Shown here piece by piece: positions 1 through 8,185 of a stretch of DNA of 32,000 nucleotides (position 1 is the stretch's first letter; every line of letters starts with the position of its first letter). Source of the stretch: Pyrodictium abyssi. Its GTDB lineage: Archaea; Thermoproteota; Thermoprotei_A; Sulfolobales; Pyrodictiaceae. A model generated the notes under the pieces. That model made no database searches and had not been told where the DNA came from. It saw only the letters and a list, made by a program, of their open reading frames with translations. A program made the position numbers and the translations under genes. The DNA lies in contig NZ_AP028907.1 in NCBI RefSeq assembly GCF_036323395.1, positions 1,680,001-1,712,000 of the forward strand, given 5' to 3'.

Positions 1-203
1 GGGATACCCTTCTCCATGAACTCCTTTACGAGCTTCTTCACAGCCCTCTTGCGCTCTACGAGCCTCCGCGCCTCCTCCAGGCCCATCTCTATCAGCATGT
101 TGTATGCGTGGTTCCGGCTACGGGCTATGCCAAGCCTAACCATCTCCTCGGCGAGCTCGGCGACCTCCCGGCGGACCTTGATGGTGACAGCTACAAGCGC
201 CAC
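1..203 (-). CDS. Partial small helical/antitoxin-like protein, runs off the left edge
   Basis: Minus-strand reading from GTG at 203 is open to the edge: MALVAVTIKVRREVAELAEEMVRLGIARSRNHAYNMLIEMGLEEARRLVERKRAVKKLVKEFMEKGIP. Looks like a ribbon-helix-helix/VapB-like crenarchaeal protein. Absent from the ORF track because no stop lies in the window. Confidence 0.55.
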   Translation of the reverse strand, partial: MALVAVTIKVRREVAELAEEMVRLGIARSRNHAYNMLIEMGLEEARRLVERKRAVKKLVKEFMEKGI

Positions 204-327
204 AGGATGGTACACCCGGGTACACCTGGGGTGTCCCCTGAGTGTATTAGGGCTTTCGCCTAGCCGCGCTCTACGACCACCCCCCGGGGCAGCTGCGCGG
301 AGACGACCCGGGGGCAGGAATGAGCCT

Positions 328-741
328 TCAGTCCCGGGGGCTAGGCAGCGTCTCCGAGCCCCGGCCCTCCTCGGCGCTGCAGACAACGCCTCCTATCAGG
401 GCTCTGAGCTCCTTGACGAGCCTGCGGAGCGCCTCTTCGGCGCCGGGCCGGGCCCGGTAGTACTTCCTCATCGTGCCGGCTGGGCTCCGCGCCCAGTAGC
501 TCTCTAGGAGGCCAAGCTTCTCCAGCCTCTTCAGCACGTCGTACACCGTGCTCTCGCTGGGCGCTAGCCCGGGCGCAGCCTCCTCCAGGTAGCGGCGCAC
601 AGCGTAGCCGTGCAGGGGGCCACGGCGGGCTAGGAGGTCGAGCACCACGATGCTGTAGAGCCCGACCCTCAGGTCGCGGAGCAGCTTCTCGACAGCCCGG
701 TCCACGCCCGGCACCGGCCCCACACGTGCATACCCGGTCAC
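328..741 (-). CDS. PadR-family winged-helix transcriptional regulator
   Basis: LLARRGPLHGYAVRRYLEE...PSESTVYDVLKRLEKLGLLESYW...RKYYRARPGAEEAL matches the PadR pattern. Confidence 0.85.
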   Translation of the reverse strand: MTGYARVGPVPGVDRAVEKLLRDLRVGLYSIVVLDLLARRGPLHGYAVRRYLEEAAPGLAPSESTVYDVLKRLEKLGLLESYWARSPAGTMRKYYRARPGAEEALRRLVKELRALIGGVVCSAEEGRGSETLPSPRD

Positions 742-751
742 GCCCCGCTGC

Positions 752-1654
752 TCAGTATATCTCTGGAGGCTCCTCAGCCGGCTCCCCGTTCAGGGCCAGT
801 CTGTAGCCGCGCCGCCCCGCGTAGACGGCTATAGCGGCTGCTACTGCTAGGAAGCCTAGCGAAGCAGCCAGCCCCGCCGGCGGGGCTAGCAGCGGGCTCT
901 CCTCGACAGCGGCGTAGGCGAGGCCAGCCACAGCGTTCACCACGCCGTGCGTCACAGCCGGGGCTGCCACTGTGCCAGAGAGCGCCCGGAGCAGGGCGAG
1001 CACGAGGCCGCCGGACACCGTGAATACCAGGAACGCTAGGAGCGACGCCAGCCCGGTCAAGCCGCTGTAGTTGTAGCCCATGAGGGCTACCAGCGGGGCG
1101 TGCCAGAGCCCCCAGACCAGGCCGACTAGCACCGAGGCCCAGGCGAACCCCAGCCTGGAGCCGAGCCGGGCCAGGAGGTAGCCCCGCCAACCGGTCTCCT
1201 CGCCCAGCGCGAGCAGAGCATTCAACGTGGAGCCCGCCACCACGGCTTGCAGGAGCATCAGAGCCAGCAGGAAGGGCGCCGGCAGGGGAGGCTCCATGCC
1301 GCTGAGGAGCAGCCCCACAATCTCCCCGGGGCCGCGGAGCCGGAGCCCTAGAAGCGGGCTAACCAGGACCGCTACCCCGTAGGCAGCTAGGGGGACAGCA
1401 GCTGAGGCCGCTACTACGCCAGCGCGGCCCCTCCGTAGGCCTATACTGCGGAGGCCCTCCCGGACCCCATATCCCTCGCAGGCCAGCGCCGCCACGGCGC
1501 CGGCGAAGGGCGTGTACATCCGGGCAGCAGCCGCAAGGACAAACACGAGCCGGTCTCCGGCGTGGGGCAGGATTACGAGGAAGTCGATAGCATAGCCGAG
1601 GCCGAACGAGACAGCTATGAACACTAGGACCCCGGCTAGGCTCCTACCCGGCAC
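752..1654 (-). CDS. CPBP (CAAX/Abi) family intramembrane metalloprotease
   Basis: Multi-TM protein with the EETGWRGYLL (EExxxR) motif and LVWGLWHAPL histidine motif. Confidence 0.85.
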   Translation of the reverse strand: MPGRSLAGVLVFIAVSFGLGYAIDFLVILPHAGDRLVFVLAAAARMYTPFAGAVAALACEGYGVREGLRSIGLRRGRAGVVAASAAVPLAAYGVAVLVSPLLGLRLRGPGEIVGLLLSGMEPPLPAPFLLALMLLQAVVAGSTLNALLALGEETGWRGYLLARLGSRLGFAWASVLVGLVWGLWHAPLVALMGYNYSGLTGLASLLAFLVFTVSGGLVLALLRALSGTVAAPAVTHGVVNAVAGLAYAAVEESPLLAPPAGLAASLGFLAVAAAIAVYAGRRGYRLALNGEPAEEPPEIY

Positions 1655-1667
1655 CCCGCGGCGCCCC

Positions 1668-2021
1668 CTAGGCCGGCTCCACTACGACCGCCGTGCCGTA
1701 GGCTAGGACCTCGGCCGCGTACTGCGAGATAGCCGAGGTAGACAGCCTCAACCCGAGGACCGCATTCGCGCCCATCTCCCGGGCCTTCTCGGCGAGCCTC
1801 CGTAGGGCTAGCTCCCGGGCCTCAGCCAGCATCTCCGTGTACTCCTTCACCTCGCCGCCCATTAGGTTCCTAACGAACGCTACAATGTCCTTGCCAATAT
1901 GCTTCGCTAGTACCGCGCTAGCGCTCACGACGCCCAGCACGCGTACAACACGGTAGCCCGGGAGCTGCTCCAGCGTGGAGAGTATGACTTCCTGCACCTG
2001 GCCGGGCACAAGGCCCACCAT
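1668..2021 (-). CDS. YbjQ/UPF0145-like heavy-metal-binding domain protein
   Basis: GYRVVRVLGVVSA...AREMGANAVLGLRLSTSAI...EVLAYGTAVVVEP; ORF is open to 2165 but the family-like region starts at the ATG at 2021. Confidence 0.7.
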   Translation of the reverse strand: MVGLVPGQVQEVILSTLEQLPGYRVVRVLGVVSASAVLAKHIGKDIVAFVRNLMGGEVKEYTEMLAEARELALRRLAEKAREMGANAVLGLRLSTSAISQYAAEVLAYGTAVVVEPA

Positions 2022-2200
2022 GTATACCCCGGGCTCCGAGGTACTTATAAATGTACTACTGGCGCCGCCGGCTAGAGGCTTCCGGGGCCCCGGGGCACGG
2101 GCCGCAGCAGCGAGAACGCGTAGAGACGGCGGAAAGCCTCTCGGAGCCCGGCGGCCCTGGAACAAAAACCCGGGGGCCGGTGGGAGCCCGTGGAGGAGGG

Positions 2201-2659
2201 CTAGCTCTTCTTAGCGGAGGCGGTCTCAACCACGAGCACGTCGACGCGGTGGCTTATCGAGACTATCTTGCTGGAGACGCTGCCTAGTATGAGTCTTTCT
2301 AGGCCGCCGCGGCCCCGGCGCCCCACGACGATTAGGTCGCAGCCGTTGCTCTCGGCGAAGTTTACCAGCTCCTCGGCTGGGTCGCCGACCAGGAGGACCG
2401 GCTCGACGCTCTCGAGCCCGGCTGCCTCCCGTATCTCCCTGACGAGCGCCTCGAGTTTCTCCCGGGCAGGCTTCTCCAGCTCCGTAGCAGCCGGTATCTC
2501 GGGGATGAGCATCTCGCCTAGGAACACCGTGGGCGGCGGCAGCACCGTCGCCACTAAGAGCCGGGCGCCGAGGCGCCGAGCCAGCTCCACCGCCTTCTCC
2601 ACTGCGAGACGGCTAGCCTCACTCCCGTCGTAGCCCACGAGGATACACGAGTAGACCAA
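2201..2659 (-). CDS. Universal stress protein (UspA family)
   Basis: ILVGYDGSEASRLAVEKAVELARRLGARLL... and nucleotide-binding GRRGRGGLERLILGSVSSKIV. Confidence 0.92.
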   Translation of the reverse strand: MVYSCILVGYDGSEASRLAVEKAVELARRLGARLLVATVLPPPTVFLGEMLIPEIPAATELEKPAREKLEALVREIREAAGLESVEPVLLVGDPAEELVNFAESNGCDLIVVGRRGRGGLERLILGSVSSKIVSISHRVDVLVVETASAKKS

Positions 2660-2765
2660 GAGCCTCTACACCGTATGTATAAGACTAGAGCCGGCGGGGC
2701 TAAAGCAGGTTCCCCCATAGAGGAGAGGCCGGCGGCTATAGGGGAGGGCCCAGGGTGCCAGGACT

Positions 2766-3728
2766 GTGAGCCTCGAGAAGGCATGGGGGCTGCTGGAGGC
2801 CGCACGTAGGCTGCACGTGGTCAGCCACGTGGACCTCGACGGGCTCGCCGCGGCCGCGCTCCTCCTGCGCTGGGCCCGGAGACGCGGCATAGAGGCCAGG
2901 CACAGCGTCGCCGGGGTACGCGGCCTCTACCGGATGCTGCGCCGCGCCCTCCAGGAGGCCGCGGGCCAGCCCGGCTCGCTGGTTGTTGTCGCCGACCTGT
3001 CGCCGCGCGGCAGAGACGACGCCGAGGCCATAGCGGGGCTGCTGCGCTGGGGCCAGCGGCTACTGTGGATAGACCACCACGAGTGGCCGGAGGGCGCCCG
3101 CGAAGCCCTGGAGCGGGCCGGCGCAGTAGTGGTCCACGACCGGTCGAGGGTCACGGCCGAGATAGCCTGCAGCGTAGCCCGCTGCGAAGGCGATGACCTA
3201 GAGCTCGTAGGGCTGGCGCGCGCCGACGACAGCTGCGCCGAGGATCCCCGTGGGCTCGCTGAGCGGTGGCGGCTGGTGCTACGCCACCTCGACTGGGAGG
3301 GGCTACGCCGGGCCGCCGAGGCCCTCGCCCAGGGCGAGCTCTGGCCGGACTGGGTCCGGGAGGTCTACGAGAGGGAGGCCCCCAGCTACTACAGCGAGAT
3401 ACGCGAGAAGACCAGCGTAGACCGCTACGAGTTCAACGGCCTACGGGTGGCCGTGGTCACCCCGCCGCCCCGAGCCAGCGGCTGCGACGTGCAGCGGCTA
3501 GGCCTAGTACCCGGCCCAGAGGAGGCTGACGTGGCCGTGATACTCTACCCCAGGGGCATCAGCATAAGGACGTGGGGCCAGCTACGGGCCGACTGCATAG
3601 CCTCTAGGCTTGGCGGAGGCGGCCACAGCCACGTAGCCGGCGCGCCCAGGCCCAGCACCACTATGGGCCCAGCGCAGATAGCCCGGATGGTGGCTAACGC
3701 AGCGGAGGAGTGCAGGACGGGGCAGTAG
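2766..3728 (+). CDS. DHH-family phosphoesterase
   Basis: SHVDLDGLAAAALLLRWARRRG, VVADLSPRG, LLWIDHHEWP, and C-terminal RLGGGGHSHVAG (DHHA1-like). Confidence 0.88.
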   Translation: MSLEKAWGLLEAARRLHVVSHVDLDGLAAAALLLRWARRRGIEARHSVAGVRGLYRMLRRALQEAAGQPGSLVVVADLSPRGRDDAEAIAGLLRWGQRLLWIDHHEWPEGAREALERAGAVVVHDRSRVTAEIACSVARCEGDDLELVGLARADDSCAEDPRGLAERWRLVLRHLDWEGLRRAAEALAQGELWPDWVREVYEREAPSYYSEIREKTSVDRYEFNGLRVAVVTPPPRASGCDVQRLGLVPGPEEADVAVILYPRGISIRTWGQLRADCIASRLGGGGHSHVAGAPRPSTTMGPAQIARMVANAAEECRTGQ

Positions 3729-3776
3729 CGCCCCCGCTGGGCGGTTTCTGCCAGGCTGCATAGAAAAATAGCCCTC

Positions 3777-4319
3777 ATGCCCCCTCCAGGTAGCACGGGG
3801 AGCCGCCCCTTGGGGAAGCGTATACTCTTCCTAGTCGGCCCCGAGTTCGAGGACATCGAGCTCTACTACCCGCTCTACAGGCTGCAGGAGGAGGGCTACG
3901 AGACCATAGTCGCCGGCCCGAGCCGCGACACCCTGCCCGGGAAGAGGGGCTACAGCGTCAAGCCGGACCTCGCCTTTGAGGAGGTAGACCCGGGCGAGTA
4001 CGCTGGCCTAGTGCTGCCGGGCGGCCGGGGCCCCGAGAGGATAAGGAACAACGAGCACGTCAAGAGAATAGTGCGTGGCTTCTTCGAGGACGAGAGACCC
4101 GTGGCCGCTATCTGCCACGGGCCCCAGGTGCTGATAAGCGCTGGCGTGCTCCACGGCCGCCGAGCCACCAGTTACCCCGGGATAAAGGACGACGTCATAA
4201 ATGCCGGGGCCGTGTGGCTAGACCAGCCGGTGGTCGTGGACGGGAACCTGGTCACGGCAAGGATACCGCCGGACATGCCCATGTGGATGCGGGAGTACAT
4301 ACGGCTGCTAAGAGCCTAG
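3777..4319 (+). CDS. DJ-1/PfpI family protein (PfpI-like peptidase or glyoxalase/deglycase)
   Basis: KRILFLVGPEFEDIELYYPLYRLQEEG...LVLPGGRGPERIR...VAAICHGPQVLISAGVLHGR. Confidence 0.9.
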   Translation: MPPPGSTGSRPLGKRILFLVGPEFEDIELYYPLYRLQEEGYETIVAGPSRDTLPGKRGYSVKPDLAFEEVDPGEYAGLVLPGGRGPERIRNNEHVKRIVRGFFEDERPVAAICHGPQVLISAGVLHGRRATSYPGIKDDVINAGAVWLDQPVVVDGNLVTARIPPDMPMWMREYIRLLRA

Positions 4320-5056
4320 GAGCCTGCGGCACCGCAGCGCCTCCCAGCCACAGCCCCCAGGGCCGCCAGCGCCAGGCCCACCACTGTTACCGCTAGTGCC
4401 CCGCTCCGCAGCTTTCCGGGGCTCATCAGCTCGAGCTTGGCTAGCAGCTCGTCCGCTGTCTTTAGGGCCGCCTTGGTCTCCTTCATGCTCTCTTCGAGCC
4501 GGCTCGGTGGCATAGCCTTCACTAGCTTATCAAGCGTCCCCATGTACGACTTGAGCCTAGCCGTATCGACCTCCCTAAGAAGAGAGGCTAGCTTCTTCAT
4601 ATTGGCTGATGTTTCCTGCGCCTGCCTCATCGCCTTAACCAGGTCTTTGAGGGACGCACCGAGCCCAAGGAGCGCTGCTGCCGGCTTCTCTGCTAGCTCG
4701 GCTAGACGATCCATGGTCTTGTTGTACCACCCACTATGGGTGACATTGTAGAATGTTTCCAGCAGCTCTAGCCCCTCCGAAGCGTTGCCAGCCACCATGC
4801 TGTACTCCTCTATCATCTTTTCCAGCGTGGGCAGCTGTTCTGCTAGGCTCCTGTACTCCTCTATGATGCCGCTCTCCTCTAGGACGTGGAGGAGCCTCTC
4901 GTACTCGTGTAACGCCTCCTTGTAGTTCATAGCCTTGCTGTAGAGCGGAGCATACATGGCTACCGTGAAGTAGTAGAGGAGCAAGCCTAGAGCAGCAAGC
5001 ACTACTCCGGCGCCTACGGCCGCCCCTGCCGAGAAGCATACACGTCTACCGGGCAT
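4316..5056 (-). CDS. Hypothetical membrane protein, two terminal TM segments flanking a long helical region
   Basis: Long ORF; hydrophobic GAAVGAGVVLAALGLLLYYFTVAM near N-terminus and GALAVTVVGLALAALGAVAG near C-terminus; about 180 aa charged helical sequence between. Confidence 0.75.
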   Translation of the reverse strand: MPGRRVCFSAGAAVGAGVVLAALGLLLYYFTVAMYAPLYSKAMNYKEALHEYERLLHVLEESGIIEEYRSLAEQLPTLEKMIEEYSMVAGNASEGLELLETFYNVTHSGWYNKTMDRLAELAEKPAAALLGLGASLKDLVKAMRQAQETSANMKKLASLLREVDTARLKSYMGTLDKLVKAMPPSRLEESMKETKAALKTADELLAKLELMSPGKLRSGALAVTVVGLALAALGAVAGRRCGAAGS

Positions 5057-5115
5057 ACAGCGCCCCAGCCAAGGCAGCGCTCTGGACCCGATATATCTGT
5101 ATCCGTTACATTCGG

Positions 5116-6240
5116 CTAGTCTGGCCCCAGGCCCCGCGGCTCTAGGAGATGTAGCAGGTTCAGCTCAGTCTCTGGGTCGAAGAGCATCACGTGCTCGGCC
5201 GGCACGGAGACGTAGAGCTTCTCGCCCGCCCTGGGCCTTACGCTCGGCGGAGTCAGGACCTTAACCGGCACCCCCGCGACCATCACAGTCACTATGTTCT
5301 CCCTACCGAGCGGCTCCACCACGTAGACCTCGCCCTCGATACTCAGCGCCCCCGAAGCCGGCTCATAGCCTAGCCGGGCGTGCTCTGGCCGGAAGACCAC
5401 GACTACCTCCTCTATACCGGTCTCAGCGAGAGCCTTGGCATACTCCTCCCGGGGCGAGAGCCGGGCCCCTGCCACCTCGACCATGACCACGCCGTCGCGG
5501 AGGACCCTGCCCGGCAGCATGTTGGCGGGCGGGGAGCCTATGAAGCCGGCTACGAAGAGGTTCCGGGGCCGATTGTACACGTCATCGGGGCTGCCCACCT
5601 GCTGGACCCTACCCCGGTCTATCACTACTATCACGTCCGCTATACTCATGGCCTCAGCCTGGTCGTGCGTCACGTGTATAGCCGTTATCTCGAGGCGCCT
5701 CTGCAGCTTCTTCAGCTCAGCCCGGATCGTGAGCCTGAGGAGGGCGTCCAGGTTGCTGAGAGGCTCGTCAAGCAGAAGCACGTCTGGCTCCTTGACCAGG
5801 GCCCTCGCCAGTGCTACGCGCTGCTGCTGGCCGCCGCTAAGCTGGCCCGGGTACCGGTCGAGAAGCTCCTCTATCCTTAGGAGCCGCGCCACCTCCTGAA
5901 CCTTGGCGTCTATCTTCGACTCGGGGAGCTTCCTAAGCCTCATGGGGAACGCAATATTGTCATAAACCTTCATGTGGGGATAGAGGGCATAGTTCTGGAA
6001 CACGAGGCCCACGTTACGATCCTTCGGAGGCAGGTTTGTGACCTCGCGGTCGCCGAAGAATATTCTACCGCTCGTCGGCTTGTATATGCCGGCTATGAGG
6101 TAGAGGAGCGTACTCTTCCCGGAGCCGCTTGGCCCGAGGAGGGCAGAGAACCTGCCATCGGGGAACTCTAGGGTCACGTTATCGACCGCGACGACGCGGC
6201 CGAAGCGCTTAGTCACGTTCTCGAGCCTTACCTCGACCAT
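5116..6240 (-). CDS. Carbohydrate-type ABC transporter ATP-binding protein (MalK/UgpC-like)
   Basis: Walker A GPSGSGKSTLL, signature LSGGQQQRVALARAL, Walker B VLLLDEPLSNLD, C-terminal TOBE/OB-like domain. Confidence 0.95.
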   Translation of the reverse strand: MVEVRLENVTKRFGRVVAVDNVTLEFPDGRFSALLGPSGSGKSTLLYLIAGIYKPTSGRIFFGDREVTNLPPKDRNVGLVFQNYALYPHMKVYDNIAFPMRLRKLPESKIDAKVQEVARLLRIEELLDRYPGQLSGGQQQRVALARALVKEPDVLLLDEPLSNLDALLRLTIRAELKKLQRRLEITAIHVTHDQAEAMSIADVIVVIDRGRVQQVGSPDDVYNRPRNLFVAGFIGSPPANMLPGRVLRDGVVMVEVAGARLSPREEYAKALAETGIEEVVVVFRPEHARLGYEPASGALSIEGEVYVVEPLGRENIVTVMVAGVPVKVLTPPSVRPRAGEKLYVSVPAEHVMLFDPETELNLLHLLEPRGLGPD

Positions 6241-7197
6241 CTAGCCCTTCACCCCTCCACCCATTGCCTGGAGGAGGAGCTTCTGGGTCGCGACGAAGAA
6301 CACAATCGTGGGGAGGAGGTACAGGGTGCCAGCAGCCGCCGCTATTGGGAGGTAAGCTGTCTCTATGTTGCCCACTACCTCCTCTATGAAGGTCGCCAGC
6401 GTCTTTATGCCCCCGGTGTAGAGGAACACATGGACGTATATCAGGTCCTCCCAGCCCGCGAGGAACGCGAATATGGCGAGCGCTGCGATGCCAGGCTTCA
6501 CCTGGGGCAGGACTATCTGCCACCAGACCCGCAGCCTAGAGGCACCGTCTATCATCGCACTCCACTCGACCTCCCATGGTATACGGTCGAAGAAGCCCTT
6601 CATCAGCCAGATGCTCATAGGTATCTCCAGCGCGGCGCGGGCCAGTATCGTGTAGAGGAAACGGTACCCCGTCACAGCCTCGCGGGGCACGAGGCCGAGG
6701 CTCCACACGTAGATAGCGTAGACAGCTATTATGAGGGCAACGCCCGGGAAGGCGTGGAGCAGGATAATGAACTCCATGAGGCGGCGCCGGCCCCGGAACC
6801 GCATACGGGAGAACGCGTAGCCAGCCATCACGCTAGTAAGCACAACTATCACCGTGACCCCCGCCGCGACTAGCAGCGTGTTCAGCACTATCACGGCGAG
6901 GTCGCGGGCCGTGTAAAGCTGCCCGGCCGCTGGCTCTAGACGGCCCTCGAATAGGAGTCTCCAGTTCTCGAGGCTATAGCGCGCCGAGAATATATCGGGG
7001 CCGGAGAGCATCCGGTCCGCGAAGCTCGAGAGCACCAGGAGCAGGTAGAGCATGACGAGCGGCACTGTGGCTAGGCCGACGGCTAGGCCTAGCACTAGGG
7101 TGAGACGGCGCCGGGGCACAGTCTCCACGTCGCTGAACACTAGCCGCTCCTCCCCGGCGCCGCCCCCGCGCCGTATACCGGGCAGACGGAGACCCAT
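6241..7197 (-). CDS. ABC transporter permease (carbohydrate family, MalG-like)
   Basis: Multi-TM with EAA-like loop EWSAMIDGASRLRVWWQIVLPQVKPGI; directly abuts the ATPase gene. Confidence 0.92.
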   Translation of the reverse strand: MGLRLPGIRRGGGAGEERLVFSDVETVPRRRLTLVLGLAVGLATVPLVMLYLLLVLSSFADRMLSGPDIFSARYSLENWRLLFEGRLEPAAGQLYTARDLAVIVLNTLLVAAGVTVIVVLTSVMAGYAFSRMRFRGRRRLMEFIILLHAFPGVALIIAVYAIYVWSLGLVPREAVTGYRFLYTILARAALEIPMSIWLMKGFFDRIPWEVEWSAMIDGASRLRVWWQIVLPQVKPGIAALAIFAFLAGWEDLIYVHVFLYTGGIKTLATFIEEVVGNIETAYLPIAAAAGTLYLLPTIVFFVATQKLLLQAMGGGVKG

Positions 7198-7199
7198 GG

Positions 7200-8144
7200 C
7201 TAGAGGTCACCCCTCGGCTCCTGCATCATGCGGTGGAACCCGAGTACACGGAGAGCCACTACGCCCAGAGCAGCCCCTATGACCACTAGTATCGTCGCCG
7301 CGGCCGCCGCTAGGCCCTGGTCGCTAGTGGTGAACGCTGTGTTGAACACATATAGGGCCCATGTGCTGCCCCACCACTTGTCGACCGCGCCCCACTCGAC
7401 GAGCAGGAATATGTGCGCGTACGTGGTTACCAGGCTGAGGAGCTGCCACACGGTGACGTAGACCAGATGCCAGCGGAGCTGGGGCACAAGCACGTAGCGT
7501 ACCAGCTGCCAGGTAGAGGCGCCGTCGACACGCGCCGCTATTAGGTGTTCTCTGGGGATGCTGCGCAGCGCGCTATAGAACACAACCATGCCGAAGCTTA
7601 CGCCGACGAACCCGTTGACTATGACCAGGATAACCCAGGCGCTGTAGGGGAGAAGCCCTGGATCAGTGCCCCACGATAGGGGCTTATCCATAACGCCTAG
7701 GCTTAGAAGAATACTGTTAAGCGTCCCTGACTTGTCTCCTAGGAAGAAGTAGTACCACATAAGCGAGTAGACGGCTATGGGCGTCATACGGGGGAGCATC
7801 CAGAGGACCCGGTAGGGGAGCGAAACCCGCTCCTCCATCAGGAACGTCGAGAGCGCTAGGGCGAGGCCTCCGAGCACGTTCACAGCGAGTGTAGTCGCGA
7901 CGAATACTATGGTTGTGCGCACCACCTTGCCGACGTCGGGGTCGTGCAGGATCATGTATGCTAGCCGCTCATAGTTGTAGGATGTGAGCTCGCCTAGGTA
8001 GCGGTGGAGATTCCAGTTCTCGAGCGGTGTGAAGCTGATGTAGATGGAGAGTACCAGAGGGACTATGTAGAACACGGCTACGAGTAGGAGAGCAGGTAGT
8101 AGGAAAAACGCTGCGGGGCTGGGCCTAGGCTTTGGCAGGGGCAC
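7200..8144 (-). CDS. ABC transporter permease (carbohydrate family, MalF-like)
   Basis: Multi-TM with EHLIAARVDGASTWQLVRYVLVPQL; same operon. Confidence 0.92.
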   Translation of the reverse strand: MPLPKPRPSPAAFFLLPALLLVAVFYIVPLVLSIYISFTPLENWNLHRYLGELTSYNYERLAYMILHDPDVGKVVRTTIVFVATTLAVNVLGGLALALSTFLMEERVSLPYRVLWMLPRMTPIAVYSLMWYYFFLGDKSGTLNSILLSLGVMDKPLSWGTDPGLLPYSAWVILVIVNGFVGVSFGMVVFYSALRSIPREHLIAARVDGASTWQLVRYVLVPQLRWHLVYVTVWQLLSLVTTYAHIFLLVEWGAVDKWWGSTWALYVFNTAFTTSDQGLAAAAATILVVIGAALGVVALRVLGFHRMMQEPRGDL

Positions 8145-8185
8145 CGGGGGGCACCCCTCGGTGCTTGTAGCGGTGCCGACGGTGT

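Noticed and set aside
16-507. 163-aa plus-strand ORF at the left edge
   Set aside because: Antisense to the open frame ending at 203 and the PadR gene; the second half is Arg/Pro-rich and lacks protein-like character.
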